Below, in pieces: positions 12,025 through 23,005 of a stretch of DNA of 64,000 nucleotides; the first letter of the stretch is position 1; every line of letters begins with the position of its first letter. Made by a program: the position numbers and the translations under genes. This DNA is from Geosiphon pyriformis uo1 (Eukaryota; Fungi; Glomeromycota), in assembly GCA_016748015.1 (NCBI GenBank), contig JAAOMT010000009.1, forward strand, positions 142,459 to 206,458, in the 5' to 3' direction. Under the pieces are notes generated by a model. It was not told the origin of the DNA. It did not search any database and saw only the letters and a list, made by a program, of their open reading frames with translations.

Positions 12025-12759
12025 ATGATGGTTAGATTTGCTATTCTTTCAGTAATCGGATTCCTAGCCTTAGTGGCAACTCCTTTCGCTGCCGCTCTAC
12101 CAGAAATTGAAAAGCGCCAGAATTTCAATGGTAATGGTAACGGAAATGGTAATGTCGGCAATTTTAATGGCAACGATAATGGCAATGACAATGCCGGTAG
12201 CTTTAACGGAAATGGTAACGGCAATGACAATTGGGGTTCTTTCAACGGCAACCACAATGGAAATGGAAATGGCTACTGGGGTTGGGGTTGGGGTTGGGGT
12301 TGGCCTTATTATGGTCATGGTCATGGTCATGGTCATTACAAACGTGATTTCAATGGTAATGATAACGGAAATGGTAATATCGGCAATTTTAATGGCAACG
12401 ATAATGGCAATGACAATTGGGGTTCTTTCAACGGCAACCACAATGGAAATGGAAATGGCTACTGGGGTTGGGGTTGGGGTTGGCCTTATGGTCCTTATGG
12501 TCCTTATGGTTCTCATGGTCCTCATGGTCCTCATCATGGTCCTTACAAACGTGATCACAATGGTAATGGTAATGGAAATGGTAATGTCGGCAATTTTAAT
12601 GGCAACGATAATGGCAATGACAATGCCGGTAGCTATAACGGAAATGGTAACGGCAACTACAATTGGGGTTCTTTCAACGGCAACCACAATGGAAATGGAA
12701 ATGGCTACTGGGGTTGGGGTTGGGGTTGGCCTTATGGTCATGGTCATGGTCGTTGGTAA
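12025..12759 (+). CDS. Secreted Kex2-processed repeat precursor (KEP-like), 244 aa, three GN/WG/His modules (paralog 2)
   Basis: First ATG is at 12025 (the ORF track starts at an upstream TTG). Signal peptide MMVRFAILSVIGFLALVATPFAAA, pro-piece LPEIEKR, KR at 12112, 12340 and 12547 separating three homologous modules. Confidence 0.92.
   Translation: MMVRFAILSVIGFLALVATPFAAALPEIEKRQNFNGNGNGNGNVGNFNGNDNGNDNAGSFNGNGNGNDNWGSFNGNHNGNGNGYWGWGWGWGWPYYGHGHGHGHYKRDFNGNDNGNGNIGNFNGNDNGNDNWGSFNGNHNGNGNGYWGWGWGWPYGPYGPYGSHGPHGPHHGPYKRDHNGNGNGNGNVGNFNGNDNGNDNAGSYNGNGNGNYNWGSFNGNHNGNGNGYWGWGWGWPYGHGHGRW
12118..12756 (+). repeat. Nested coding repeats: three modules of about 210 nt, each with 39-nt GN units, (TGGGGT)n and (GGTCAT)n or 9-nt GPY/GPH units
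   Basis: Read directly from the DNA and its translation. Confidence 0.92.
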
Positions 12760-15455
12760 TAGTAACGGGAACAACGATGTGTCATTTAATGATAATAATA
12801 AGCGCAAGGGAAATAAAAGGTGGTTCCACTCTTATTTATCATTGACACACTTACTATAAGAATGTATCAATTTTATTAAGAGAGTGTAGGATTAGATTAT
12901 TTAATAAAAATTTCAGAGCAAATAGATTGTAAATCTTCAAATAATAAAGTCGGAGATTGAATAAGCCAAATTTTTGGGACTAAATATATTTGAAAAATCA
13001 TGAATTTTGATTATTGCCGTAAATTTTTCTTGGCCACATTGGTCCCATTTTTAAAAATAATACTTAACTGATATCGATCAAAAATTATGCAACACCATCT
13101 AATTCTTTATCTCTAAGAATTAGGTGTATGTGAAAATTCAGGGACTCCTATTATAGGTTTATTGTTTTCTGTTGATTAACTAAATCTTTTCTCCTCAACA
13201 GGTGAATTGTTCATGATCATCATTTTGCTAAAGTAAGCAAATTAACTGAAATTCTTCAGGTTTCACTAAATCAAATCGAGTTCCAAGAAGTTGGAGAGGG
13301 TTCCAGCTTTGAAGAAACAATTACCGATATAAAATCAATCTATTGATTAAGATTTTACCTTTATCCTTTACTGGCACTCTTGGTGATTAGAGTAAAATTT
13401 TCAGCAGACTTAAACATTTAATCCTGGGTAAAAATAAATTTTTAATGCTCCAAACCATTTAGATAATTTTCTAAATAAAAGATCCATCTAAACGTCTTTT
13501 ACGACGAGGAAGGATATAATAAAAACTTACATAAAAACATCTCAAAACCAAAATCAAAAAGAGACTAATATTAAAGGCCATTTACTACCCAAATGAAATT
13601 TCAAAATCACAAAACTTTACCACGTAGAGGATTTCTTACTTCCTGAAAAGCGATATATCCCTCGGGAATACTTAACTCTGAACATGTGATTGCGGCCTCA
13701 TAACTTTTAGTATTTACAAAGGTAACAAATCCGTGATCTTGCTGTAAATTTTTATCGTTTGAAAATCAAAGATTTTAATGCAGGAATCAAACGTTTTATA
13801 AATGCCCAGGCGTTAAATACTCACAAAATGATTAATCCACTCAATTTCTTGTACCTGACCGAACATGGTTTCAAGCAAAATTTCAAGTTTTGTCTGCTTC
13901 ATGTGAGGTGGAACTGAGATATAAGCACGCCGACGGCCGACTAGTTTCAATTTCGTTTTTTGAAAAGACCTAAGGTATATTTAAGATTTTTTCTTGAACT
14001 AAAATATGATCTTGATAACCCAAACCATTTGATTTTAAGCCGCTCCAAGGATCTTGTGAGATTCGTGAAATATTCTTGATCTCCTTCTTTGTCACTTCAA
14101 TCTGTTCCCTTGTTGTTTCCAGATCTTTCAAAAGTTTGGTGATTTGTGTATCTTTTACAGAGATGGAATTATCTCGCCTTTCAAGTTCAAGTATGATGCT
14201 CTGCCCATCATTATAACAATTCTTGAGATGATTCATTATGGGAATTATAGTAAAATAAGTTGCGCAAACGGATACGGATCTCGATCGTTTTATCTTAAAT
14301 CAATTCAAAAAAGTGGAAACACCTACTTTGATGAAATCAGGATTTCAAAATGATTTGTTCAAGTATGATTAAGCAATAAGATAGTGTAAACCTCTTTTAG
14401 TAATATGTTTTCCAAATTGGCAAATTATGAAAGACTGCGATATTAAAAATGGTTCATATATAATTAGTAAAATTTTGCTCACACCAAAGGATTGGTTTTC
14501 CTCATAAAAAATATTTTTCAAAATTTCATCAATTAGGAGTCTTCAGTTAAGCAAATTCAAGTTAAAAAGTTTAATTGAAACTTTGATCTATCGCAAAAGG
14601 TACGAACTGCATGATTTAAATTTTTGATATATGCTCCTATTAGCTAATGATGTCAACTCAAAATTTATTTTTTTATCCTTTCCTTTTAAAAATGTGAGTC
14701 TGAGTTCTCTCTGATCCTTAAACAGTTTACATAATATTCAAGAAAGGGTTTGGTTTAGTTAATGGAGAATTTTATTAAATGTCTCTTGTTTCTGTCCATC
14801 AACCAGTCAAACAACTTGGAATTTCCTTCAAAAACTTTGATCACTGGGACGCTCAAGAACATGTCCTCTTCCAAATACATTTACGCGCAAGTTTTCGGCC
14901 TCAAATAAAAGAACCCGTTGAATCACAGAAACAACCTTATTTTTTTTTACTTCATATACATAAACTCTATCAACAATAGCATAGATATCTGAAGTTCTAG
15001 ATTTCCTTATCAAAATTATGTGATCTATGCATTGTTACACCTCTTACCAAGAAAAGATTCTACTTGGACTATGCTTTACTGTGACAGAACAAAATTTTCT
15101 TCCAACTCTTCACCTGGTTCTTGCGGCCCCAATTGGAATTGTTTATAAGTACCTTCATCTAAAAAAAGCACACTTTTATATTGTCTTGATGCGCAGTTTT
15201 GCGACATGGAATGCAGGCACAAGGGCCCGGATTTGCTGCATCCAATTATAAGGGGTAAGATTAGCCAAAATTCTATCAATAAATAATGGCACCAAGTTTT
15301 TTTGGAGACTAGTTTGTTTATTCTCTTCGCAAATAACATTTTCTGCGCATCCAAACAATTCTGCCGTCCCAATATATAATCATCTAAAATATGATATGTA
15401 ATTCTTTCGCTATTACTCTTAATAATCAACTCGCAACGCCGTTACATTGAATTTA

Positions 15456-15830
15456 CTAAATTGATTGACATAGTTTTGGCAAAAAATTGCATTCTTCACA
15501 CATATTGTTCCAAATCATCCATATTTTGCGGCATTCCACATTTAACGATTGCCCACAAATTTTTAGATCCGGGCTACACAACGGCCAGTCAATAACTTCG
15601 GCGACACTTTCCGCGAGAAATGTTATAGCTATTCGACTTGCTGGCATCATTATCTTGTTGAAAGCGCCACTTCTTGGCAAGTATCCCATTAACTTCCCCA
15701 ACATGTTGCTGCGAGATTTCAACATAAAAACTTGGCACCTATGATACCAGGAAAACAAAATAAGCTAGTTTTTTTCTTCATACCACGAAAAAAATTGTAC
15801 GATTATTTGGTCTTGGACGAACTGTTTGTC
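15456..15830 (-). pseudogene. Tc1-family transposase C-terminal fragment
   Basis: Frameshifted WRFQQDND and VIDWPLCSPDL motifs on the minus strand. Boundaries approximate. Confidence 0.7.
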
Positions 15831-16249
15831 TCTTGTAAAAAAATTTTCCAATTGCATTAGTAAATAGTTAAAATGCCGAGAAATAAGATTTTTTTCCAGT
15901 TATCATTAAGATGAATTTAGCCCGTTCAACATGTTTCTGCTTTTGAACTTTTTTTAGCGTTGATATAGTAATTGGTAAGTTTTTCATATAATATTAAATA
16001 TCTGACAATTTTGCGATATAAAATGTCCATTCCCTTTGTATCTAGTTTATTGGTGAACATATTGACCTAATTTTCTCGATACATGTCCCATAATCTTTTT
16101 GCATCAACTATTACTGCCTTTTGTGCTCAGTTTTTCCAACTTTTTTGACATTTTATCATACAGTTGAGATGGTAGCTTAGTAACTCTACTTGATTTTGAG
16201 ATAGAAAATTTACTCTTATGAATTGTACAAAGTTGCAAATTCATTTTGC

Positions 16250-18620
16250 TATTATTAATTGATATTTAAACCAAAATTGGAGCGATTTGAAAAAGTTTGC
16301 TGAAATAGTGTTAAAATCACTTGAAATCTTGGAGAAATCTTTGGAAAAAAAACAGCGCTAAAATTTAGAATAATATTTAAACTTTTATAAAAAAAAAAGT
16401 TGATTTTCTCCAAAAAATGTATCAAAAGATTTAATAAATTTGTCAAACATAAACAAATAAATTTTTTTTGATAATATTTAACGTTGTTTCAAAATTGATA
16501 CATATTAATTGAAATTAAAAAAAAACAAAAACAAAATAGCAAATATTGAACCAACAATAATAGTAACAATTTTTAAATATTGAAAAAAAATTTACATTTA
16601 TTGTGCATACCAATTCGAAATCCAAAAAATTGTAAAAATTTACAACTAGAACTTTACAAATACGTTAAAAACAGAAGTAACAACAACTTTTTTGGAAATA
16701 AAAATATTACAAGAATAAAAATGAAAATTTTTAGAAAAATTTATATCATTTTCTAATTATTTTAAAAAACTTAAATACAATATTAACACTACTGTAAAAA
16801 AAAATTATTTATTATACCTAAAAAAATTACATACACCAGAATTAGTACAAGCCAAAAACAATTCTTAAATTCTTAGCTAAAAAAAAATTTATTATCAATT
16901 ATGTATTAGCCATAAATGTACATATTTTAGCCATTTTATTTTTAGAATTAATCTGATTATTAACCAAATTATTAATTTAGTAATTAACTTAATTAAAGTT
17001 ATAAATTACAATTAATTAAATAAAACAAAATTTCAAACCACTATTTAATCTGTTAAAAATTAGCAATAATAAAAAACAAATATTAATTTGTGTCAAAAAG
17101 ACATAATTTTCGTAACAATCAATGATATTAAAAATATTACATTATTATTTATTTGAAAAATTTCAAAATAAAATCAAATTTGAAATGATTTATATATTCT
17201 CCAATATTATCGATTTTCCAAGTAAAAATTATTTTGCAATACAATTTTAAATACTTTAACAACAATAAGTTAAGAATAAAGCCAAAAAAGTCTATAAAAT
17301 AAATACTAAATTTAATTTTAAATATTTGAAAAACAGTTAATTGTTTTATTACCAAAAAATATTTTTAAAACAATGGCTAAATTACAAAAAAATTAATCTT
17401 AAAGAAAAAATAATAAACATTGAATATATTAAAGACGTTAAAGTAATACTTTAAAATAAATTTAACAAATTATTCATGATTGACCTAATAAAAAAATTAT
17501 TTAAACGATTTATTTATTTTTAAATTCAAAAATATGAAAAATTAATTATTAATAATTATGTAAATTAAAAGTTCTGGTTTTATAAAATAATTTATTATTC
17601 CAATAAACACAATTTTAATTTCTAATATAAAAATAAAGAGATTTTAAAATATATTAAAGAAAAAAAAATTAAAATAATTTTTCACAAATTTAATAATTAT
17701 TGGATTATTTTACATACTCAATTAAATATTAGAATATTCACAGCAATATATTTCAAAATAATTATTTCCAGATTATTTTTTATTTTTTTGAAATTTAATT
17801 AGAGTAGAAACATAAAAATTTTATTGTCACTTATCAATTCATTATTAGCAAAAACAAAATTAAACCAAATTCTGAAAAAATTAAAAAAGCTTCACAACTA
17901 AACTTAATTTTTTTTTAAATGTTACTTTATTTTATTAAATAAAAATAGCAAAAAAATAGATATTTTGTATGTTAAAATTAGCATAAAAAACAATGTAGTT
18001 ATCAATTAAAAACAGCAACAGCTATTTGAACTCCTAAGCTATTTTTAAAATATGTCTTGAAAAGTAATTCAATAATAATAACAATATTAAAGTAAAATGG
18101 CTTTAAAAAAATATATTTTGCAAATTGCAATTATAATATTTATTACAAATTTAGAAACTTTATATGAATGTTGACAACTTTTTAATTTGAAACAAGCAAA
18201 ACATATATTCAGTTAAAATACTAATTTACAACAATAAATTTCAAACCTTTTAATATTATTAAAAATTATTGGAGTAACTGATTATATTGACAAATTATTT
18301 GTTTGAAACATTATTTCAATAAAAAGCTTAAATCCTTATTTGATTTAAGACAACATTCTTTATAAACATCTTTAAAATATTATTTTTGGTTTTAAATACA
18401 AAAAAATATTAAACGATATATTAACTTTTGTAACAATTATTAAAGAAAAAAGTAAATAAAATCAACAAAACTTTTAAATTTAATCAAAATTGGACAATTA
18501 TTTAACAAAATTGAAATTAATTTAATTGAACGCTTATTTATTACAACCAAAAAAAGATATTTATATTGCACTAAAAATTAAATTTACCCTAGATTGATGT
18601 GACTTGTAATTAAAAAAAAA
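16250..18620. other. Extremely AT-rich block, probably a heavily eroded transposon
   Basis: Sharp drop in G+C with very few CpG; family not identifiable by eye. Confidence 0.45.
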
Positions 18621-19338
18621 AATTTTAATAGTCATGCGAAATCCAATAATGTTTTTGAAAGTAAAAACATCTCAAATTTTGCTTCTAAATTTTTTTCTTT
18701 TAGTAATGAGATTAAGTTTCATTTTTTTAGAATCATCGCTCACCAATCTTGTCTCATTAAAATTGCTGTCGTTATTTTGATAAAGCCGAATCTTTAAACC
18801 GTCTGACAATACCAGATTATACGATTTGGCAAATCATTAAAAAGATGTTTTCGGATATTACTTAATAATTCTTTAGCATTTCGTTATTAAAATGATGGGA
18901 AATTCTTCTTTGACGACTTTTTTGAAATAGAATGGCTTCAGGGTATTCACACAAAAGTTGGGAAGTTTTAAATCGATTTTTTGACGTATTAAAACTTTTC
19001 AGATCAATAATTTTTTAAAGTCTGCCTTGTGCAGTTAAGCATTTAATGAGATGATTTAAATGTGAAACTTTTTTTTAAATTCTTAACCCGTCTCAACAAT
19101 GCTTTTCAAAAAGCCGGCCATGAGTGATTCAAAATAATCATGTCAATTATATATTATATATTTAAGTCTAAATAAAATGACATTATATCAATGACAAAGT
19201 CCTAATTTCAGTCAAACTCCTTAAGGTATTACAATTGTAAAATATGGAAATCCATGCAGAGTGGAAAAAACTTTTGTGCAAGATTTCACGCCATAAATTT
19301 ACGACTTTTAATTCCGCATAATCAATATCTGTTTTAGA

Positions 19339-20614
19339 TAGTCTGGTAAGAAAAAAATTGGAAAAATATGAATCTACTAAGATTGCGTTTGATTTAACCA
19401 TTTTTGGTAAGTTTTGTGACGGTAAAAATGGAAACAGAATATTAGGTAAGTGGCTGAGCTCTAAAAACATTTTCTCACATATTAACTAATTGTTTTTTTT
19501 AAAACTTGTCTTTGAAATGCCGACTTCAAAGCAAGAAATGCAATGGCAAGTCGTATTACATTTTTGGAAGCAAGAAATATGAAGGTGAAAGAAATACAGA
19601 ATAAAACAAATATACCCCTTTCTACAATCTATAATATCCTCGAAAAACTCAAAAAAAAAGGAACAATAAAGCATGCGAGTGGTAATGGTCGGCCAAGAAA
19701 AATTATGGGAAATTCTTTGAAAGTATTAGGGCAGATTATTCGTAGAGATTCCTCAGTTTCGTCTAGATATTTAGCAATAAAGTTGGCTAAGAAGGGGATA
19801 AATGTTTTTTATGTTACTATTCAAAACCATTTATTCAACCTTAATTATAAAAAAAGTCTTCCTAGAGCAACTCCAATGCTGACCGAAGAGCATAAGCGAA
19901 AATGTGTAGAATGGGCCAAAAAACACTTGAACGACGATTGAAAAAGAACAGTTTTTACTGACGAAACATCTTTTTAACTTTTTCAAAACACGGTAAAATG
20001 TTGGCATAAAGGTACTCGACCAATTCGTCCTATGCTTAAAGATCGAACAAAAATTCTCGCATGGGGGGTTTCTACGAAAAAGGAAAGACTAGTTTATTCT
20101 GTTATGTTCAAATAATGAATGCTCAATTTTATATAGATATTCTTTGTAACCACTTACCTGAAATTAGAGCAAAGCTGGGGGATAATTGGCGATTCCAACA
20201 AGATAATGACCCCAAGCATACTAGCAAGCTTGCCAAAGAGTTTATTGCTGAGAATACAACTGATTTTTTAGGGTGGCCATCTAATAGTCCCGACTTAAAC
20301 CCAATAGAAAACCTTTGGGCTATTGTTAAAAGAATGTAGAAAAAAGAATGCCTCAAAATCGTACTGAATTAGAGAGATTTATGGGGGAGAGTGGCAAGAT
20401 ATTCCTGAATCTACCTTAATTGGTTTAGTAGGATCAATGAGGCGGCGTTGTGAAATGATAATTGAGACAAATGGTGAAAGAATTTCCTATTAATTATTTT
20501 TAATAAAATTATATGGTATTTGACTTTCGAATAAAAGTTGTTTTATGTAATTTGGTACATTAGTTAAGACATAGTAATTATTTTTATATTTCCAATTTTT
20601 TTCTTACCAGACTG
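19339..20614 (+). mobile_element. Tc1/mariner (DD34E) transposon, about 1.28 kb, full length but inactive
   Basis: TIRs of about 26 bp, (C/T)AGTCTGGTAAGAAAAAAATTGGAAA, at both ends; TA follows the right end, while the left-end TA/C is mutated; encloses a transposase. Confidence 0.9.
19517..20493 (+). pseudogene. Tc1 transposase pseudogene
   Basis: HTH plus GRPRK linker, VFTDE, QQDNDPKH and WPSNSPDLNPIENLW with 34 residues between D and E; stop at 19939 (W codon), further stop and frameshifts. Confidence 0.9.
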
Positions 20615-22003
20615 TAAGTATTCCGCTAGACATGAAATGAACTGTCGATAAACATATCACAAATAATCTTTAGGAAAAAGATAATAAAGAGCTCACTTTA
20701 ACCTTTCAATCAGAGTTTTAGGATTTGTTTAGGTATCTTTGTCGTTGGTTCGCTTTGTATTCGGTCAAAATCCTGACACAACATACTCCCATTGTCTGGT
20801 AAACAACATGAATTTATAGTCCATAATTTGACAATAATTAATGCTTTTTAATCTGTCCAAAATTTTTTTTAGGCTCCATATAAAAATAAATTATACTTAT
20901 TTTGGAGGATATATCAATATTAATAACGAAACAGTCAATGACCCTTTTTTTTTCCGCAAGTCTGCTATTCTTAACAGGCTCAGTTCCATGGAAAGCAGAA
21001 GATTCATGGAGGTGTAGCATGCGAGAACAACAGTGAATAATGAGCCCACATTAACCACAATTATGAAAATAGAGGAATAGAGCAAAATATTAAACATTGT
21101 TAAAAATGCACTTAATGACCCTGTTCGTCTTCCAAAAATCAACGGTTTAGACTTGAACCCGCAATTCTCGTTAAAAATTGATACCTACCTTAATAAAAAT
21201 ATGATTAATTCAACGAGATTCTTCAAATATAACAAGAAATTCTTTAAAGAAAGTGGCTATTGTGGCAGGGTTTTTGATTTCGGGATTTTATATTGTTCGT
21301 CTCTTAAAAGAGTAATATTAAACTCCGAGTCAAACGACAGATTTTTTGGAATCAAGGAGCAAAAGATCGGCCTGGTCAATTCTTTGACGCTGATTCTTAG
21401 AAAGATTAAGGTTTCAAAAACATGAATAAAATCTTGAGCCAGTTTTTCTTGAGCAGATTTAAAATATTGACACTTGAATCTGCTATTTTTAAATTACATA
21501 ACATAATGAGTAGTAGTACAAGTAATAGAAACAAACATGGGTTATTTATAGTTATGCATAATTCCCCTAAAATTTTAATTGACAGTCTACTTGTCTCTCT
21601 GTCGATCGTTGATTTCAAATCATAGGTAAGGAGCAAGAAAACTTTCCTTTATGTAATTCTACCGCTTTTAAATCTATACAATGCTTTTAACTAGGCTTTT
21701 AATATTTAGAATTAATTAAATTTGTTGAGATCTGGAAGTTTATGGCAACGTGATTGACACCGTTTTAATTTTAGATATGGCAACATAAATAAAGTCCTAA
21801 GCGAAGTTAATTATAAATCCATCATTAAGTATTTATAATAATTGGTGGATTACATAAGTTTCTCATGGTAAAGCATACCTCTATCACATATCTTTTAGAT
21901 TTAGTTTGTACTCTTTGGATTTTTTCAAAAAAAATTGTTTATAACAAAAAATCCTTTTAACAAGCTTTCTGTAATTCTCTTGAGCTATATTAACAAGCTG
22001 CCT

Positions 22004-22057
22004 AAAAATAAATAAATAAATAAATAAATAATAAATAATAGTAATAATAATAATAAT
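22004..22057. repeat. (AAAT)n/(AAT)n microsatellite
   Basis: Read directly. Confidence 0.8.
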
Positions 22058-22931
22058 ACTTTACAAAGATTATTAAATTTCTCAAATTTGAATTACAGAA
22101 AACCTATCGGCATATAATCAAAATTGGTAACGCCAAATTCTACTAAGAATTTCTCTCAATATGACAAAAGTTCCCGAAATAAACCTGAATTCAAGATAAA
22201 AATAATTTGAAAGGGGTCAATTTTTAAATCAATCCAATTGATCCCTATTTAGCTTTAATATTTGGATTTTTAAATGATAGACTACTGCATATTATTACAA
22301 AAATAAAACAATATTACTAAACGTATATGTTTCTTGAAGTAGCTGATTCAGAGAAATGTGAAAATAATTTCATTTAACTACATTTAAAAAGTATTTTAGA
22401 TATTTATATATTGAATATTTTAGATATTTATAGAAATTTCTTTCTGTTCATCTTTTTTCTTGTTTCTGGCTATGAATTATAAGAGAAATATCTTTTGAAT
22501 TTAAGCTTATAAATTAAAATATCAAAATATATTTTTTAATATACTGTACTTGAAAAAGATCAAAAGAAATTCCATAGAATTCTTTGTCAAGGTAATCTGG
22601 AAAATCTAATACAGGAGATATTTCAAAGAATTCTTTGTATAACAAGACAATATTTGGGAATCCGGATGTTTTTTCATTTTCCGATATCAAGGAAAATCCA
22701 CATGCTTCCCATTTTGGGTACAATGATTCAAACGGTTTCACAATTTTTATTAATATTATTTCACAATTAACACTTTCACAATGAAAAATTCTCTAAGCTG
22801 ATTAGCTATCTAAGCTTTTGTTCCCAAATTGAATGGGTGTATGAATGAATAATAAATGCAAACATGTTTCGCATTTGAATATATATTCAGAGTGGCGAAC
22901 TTTTATTTTCATCTTTAACATGAGCTTCCAA

Positions 22932-22970
22932 TATAAAATTAACCCTTTCCTTTTTTGAAAATTCTTCATC
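22932..22970 (+). promoter_or_regulatory. Putative core promoter: TATAAAA plus TTCATC
   Basis: Lies 74 nt upstream of ATG 23006. Confidence 0.4.
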
Positions 22971-23005
22971 ATTATCAAATACCTTCAATTTGTTAAAAAA
23001 CTAGA

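Noticed and set aside
12118-12756. Possible CRISPR array or mycobacterial PPE-MPTR gene
   Set aside because: The repeats are in-frame coding units with no unique spacers; the period is 13 rather than the pentapeptide-based MPTR pattern; there is no PPE domain; the context is eukaryotic.
12006-12859. Long overlapping ORFs 12097-12807 (-), 12107-12859 (+) and 12006-12257 (-)
   Set aside because: Shadow frames of GGN/AAY repeat codons, which lack stops; no signal peptide or dibasic logic. Only the tail of the +1 frame is informative and is reported as a finding.
13200-15430. Fragmentary minus-strand ORFs (13970-14236, 14828-15429)
   Set aside because: They look like decayed coding sequence, but I cannot assign a family or a consistent exon structure.
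16700-18500. Possible hAT transposase relic in the AT-rich block
   Set aside because: Only faint motif echoes; too eroded to support a family call.
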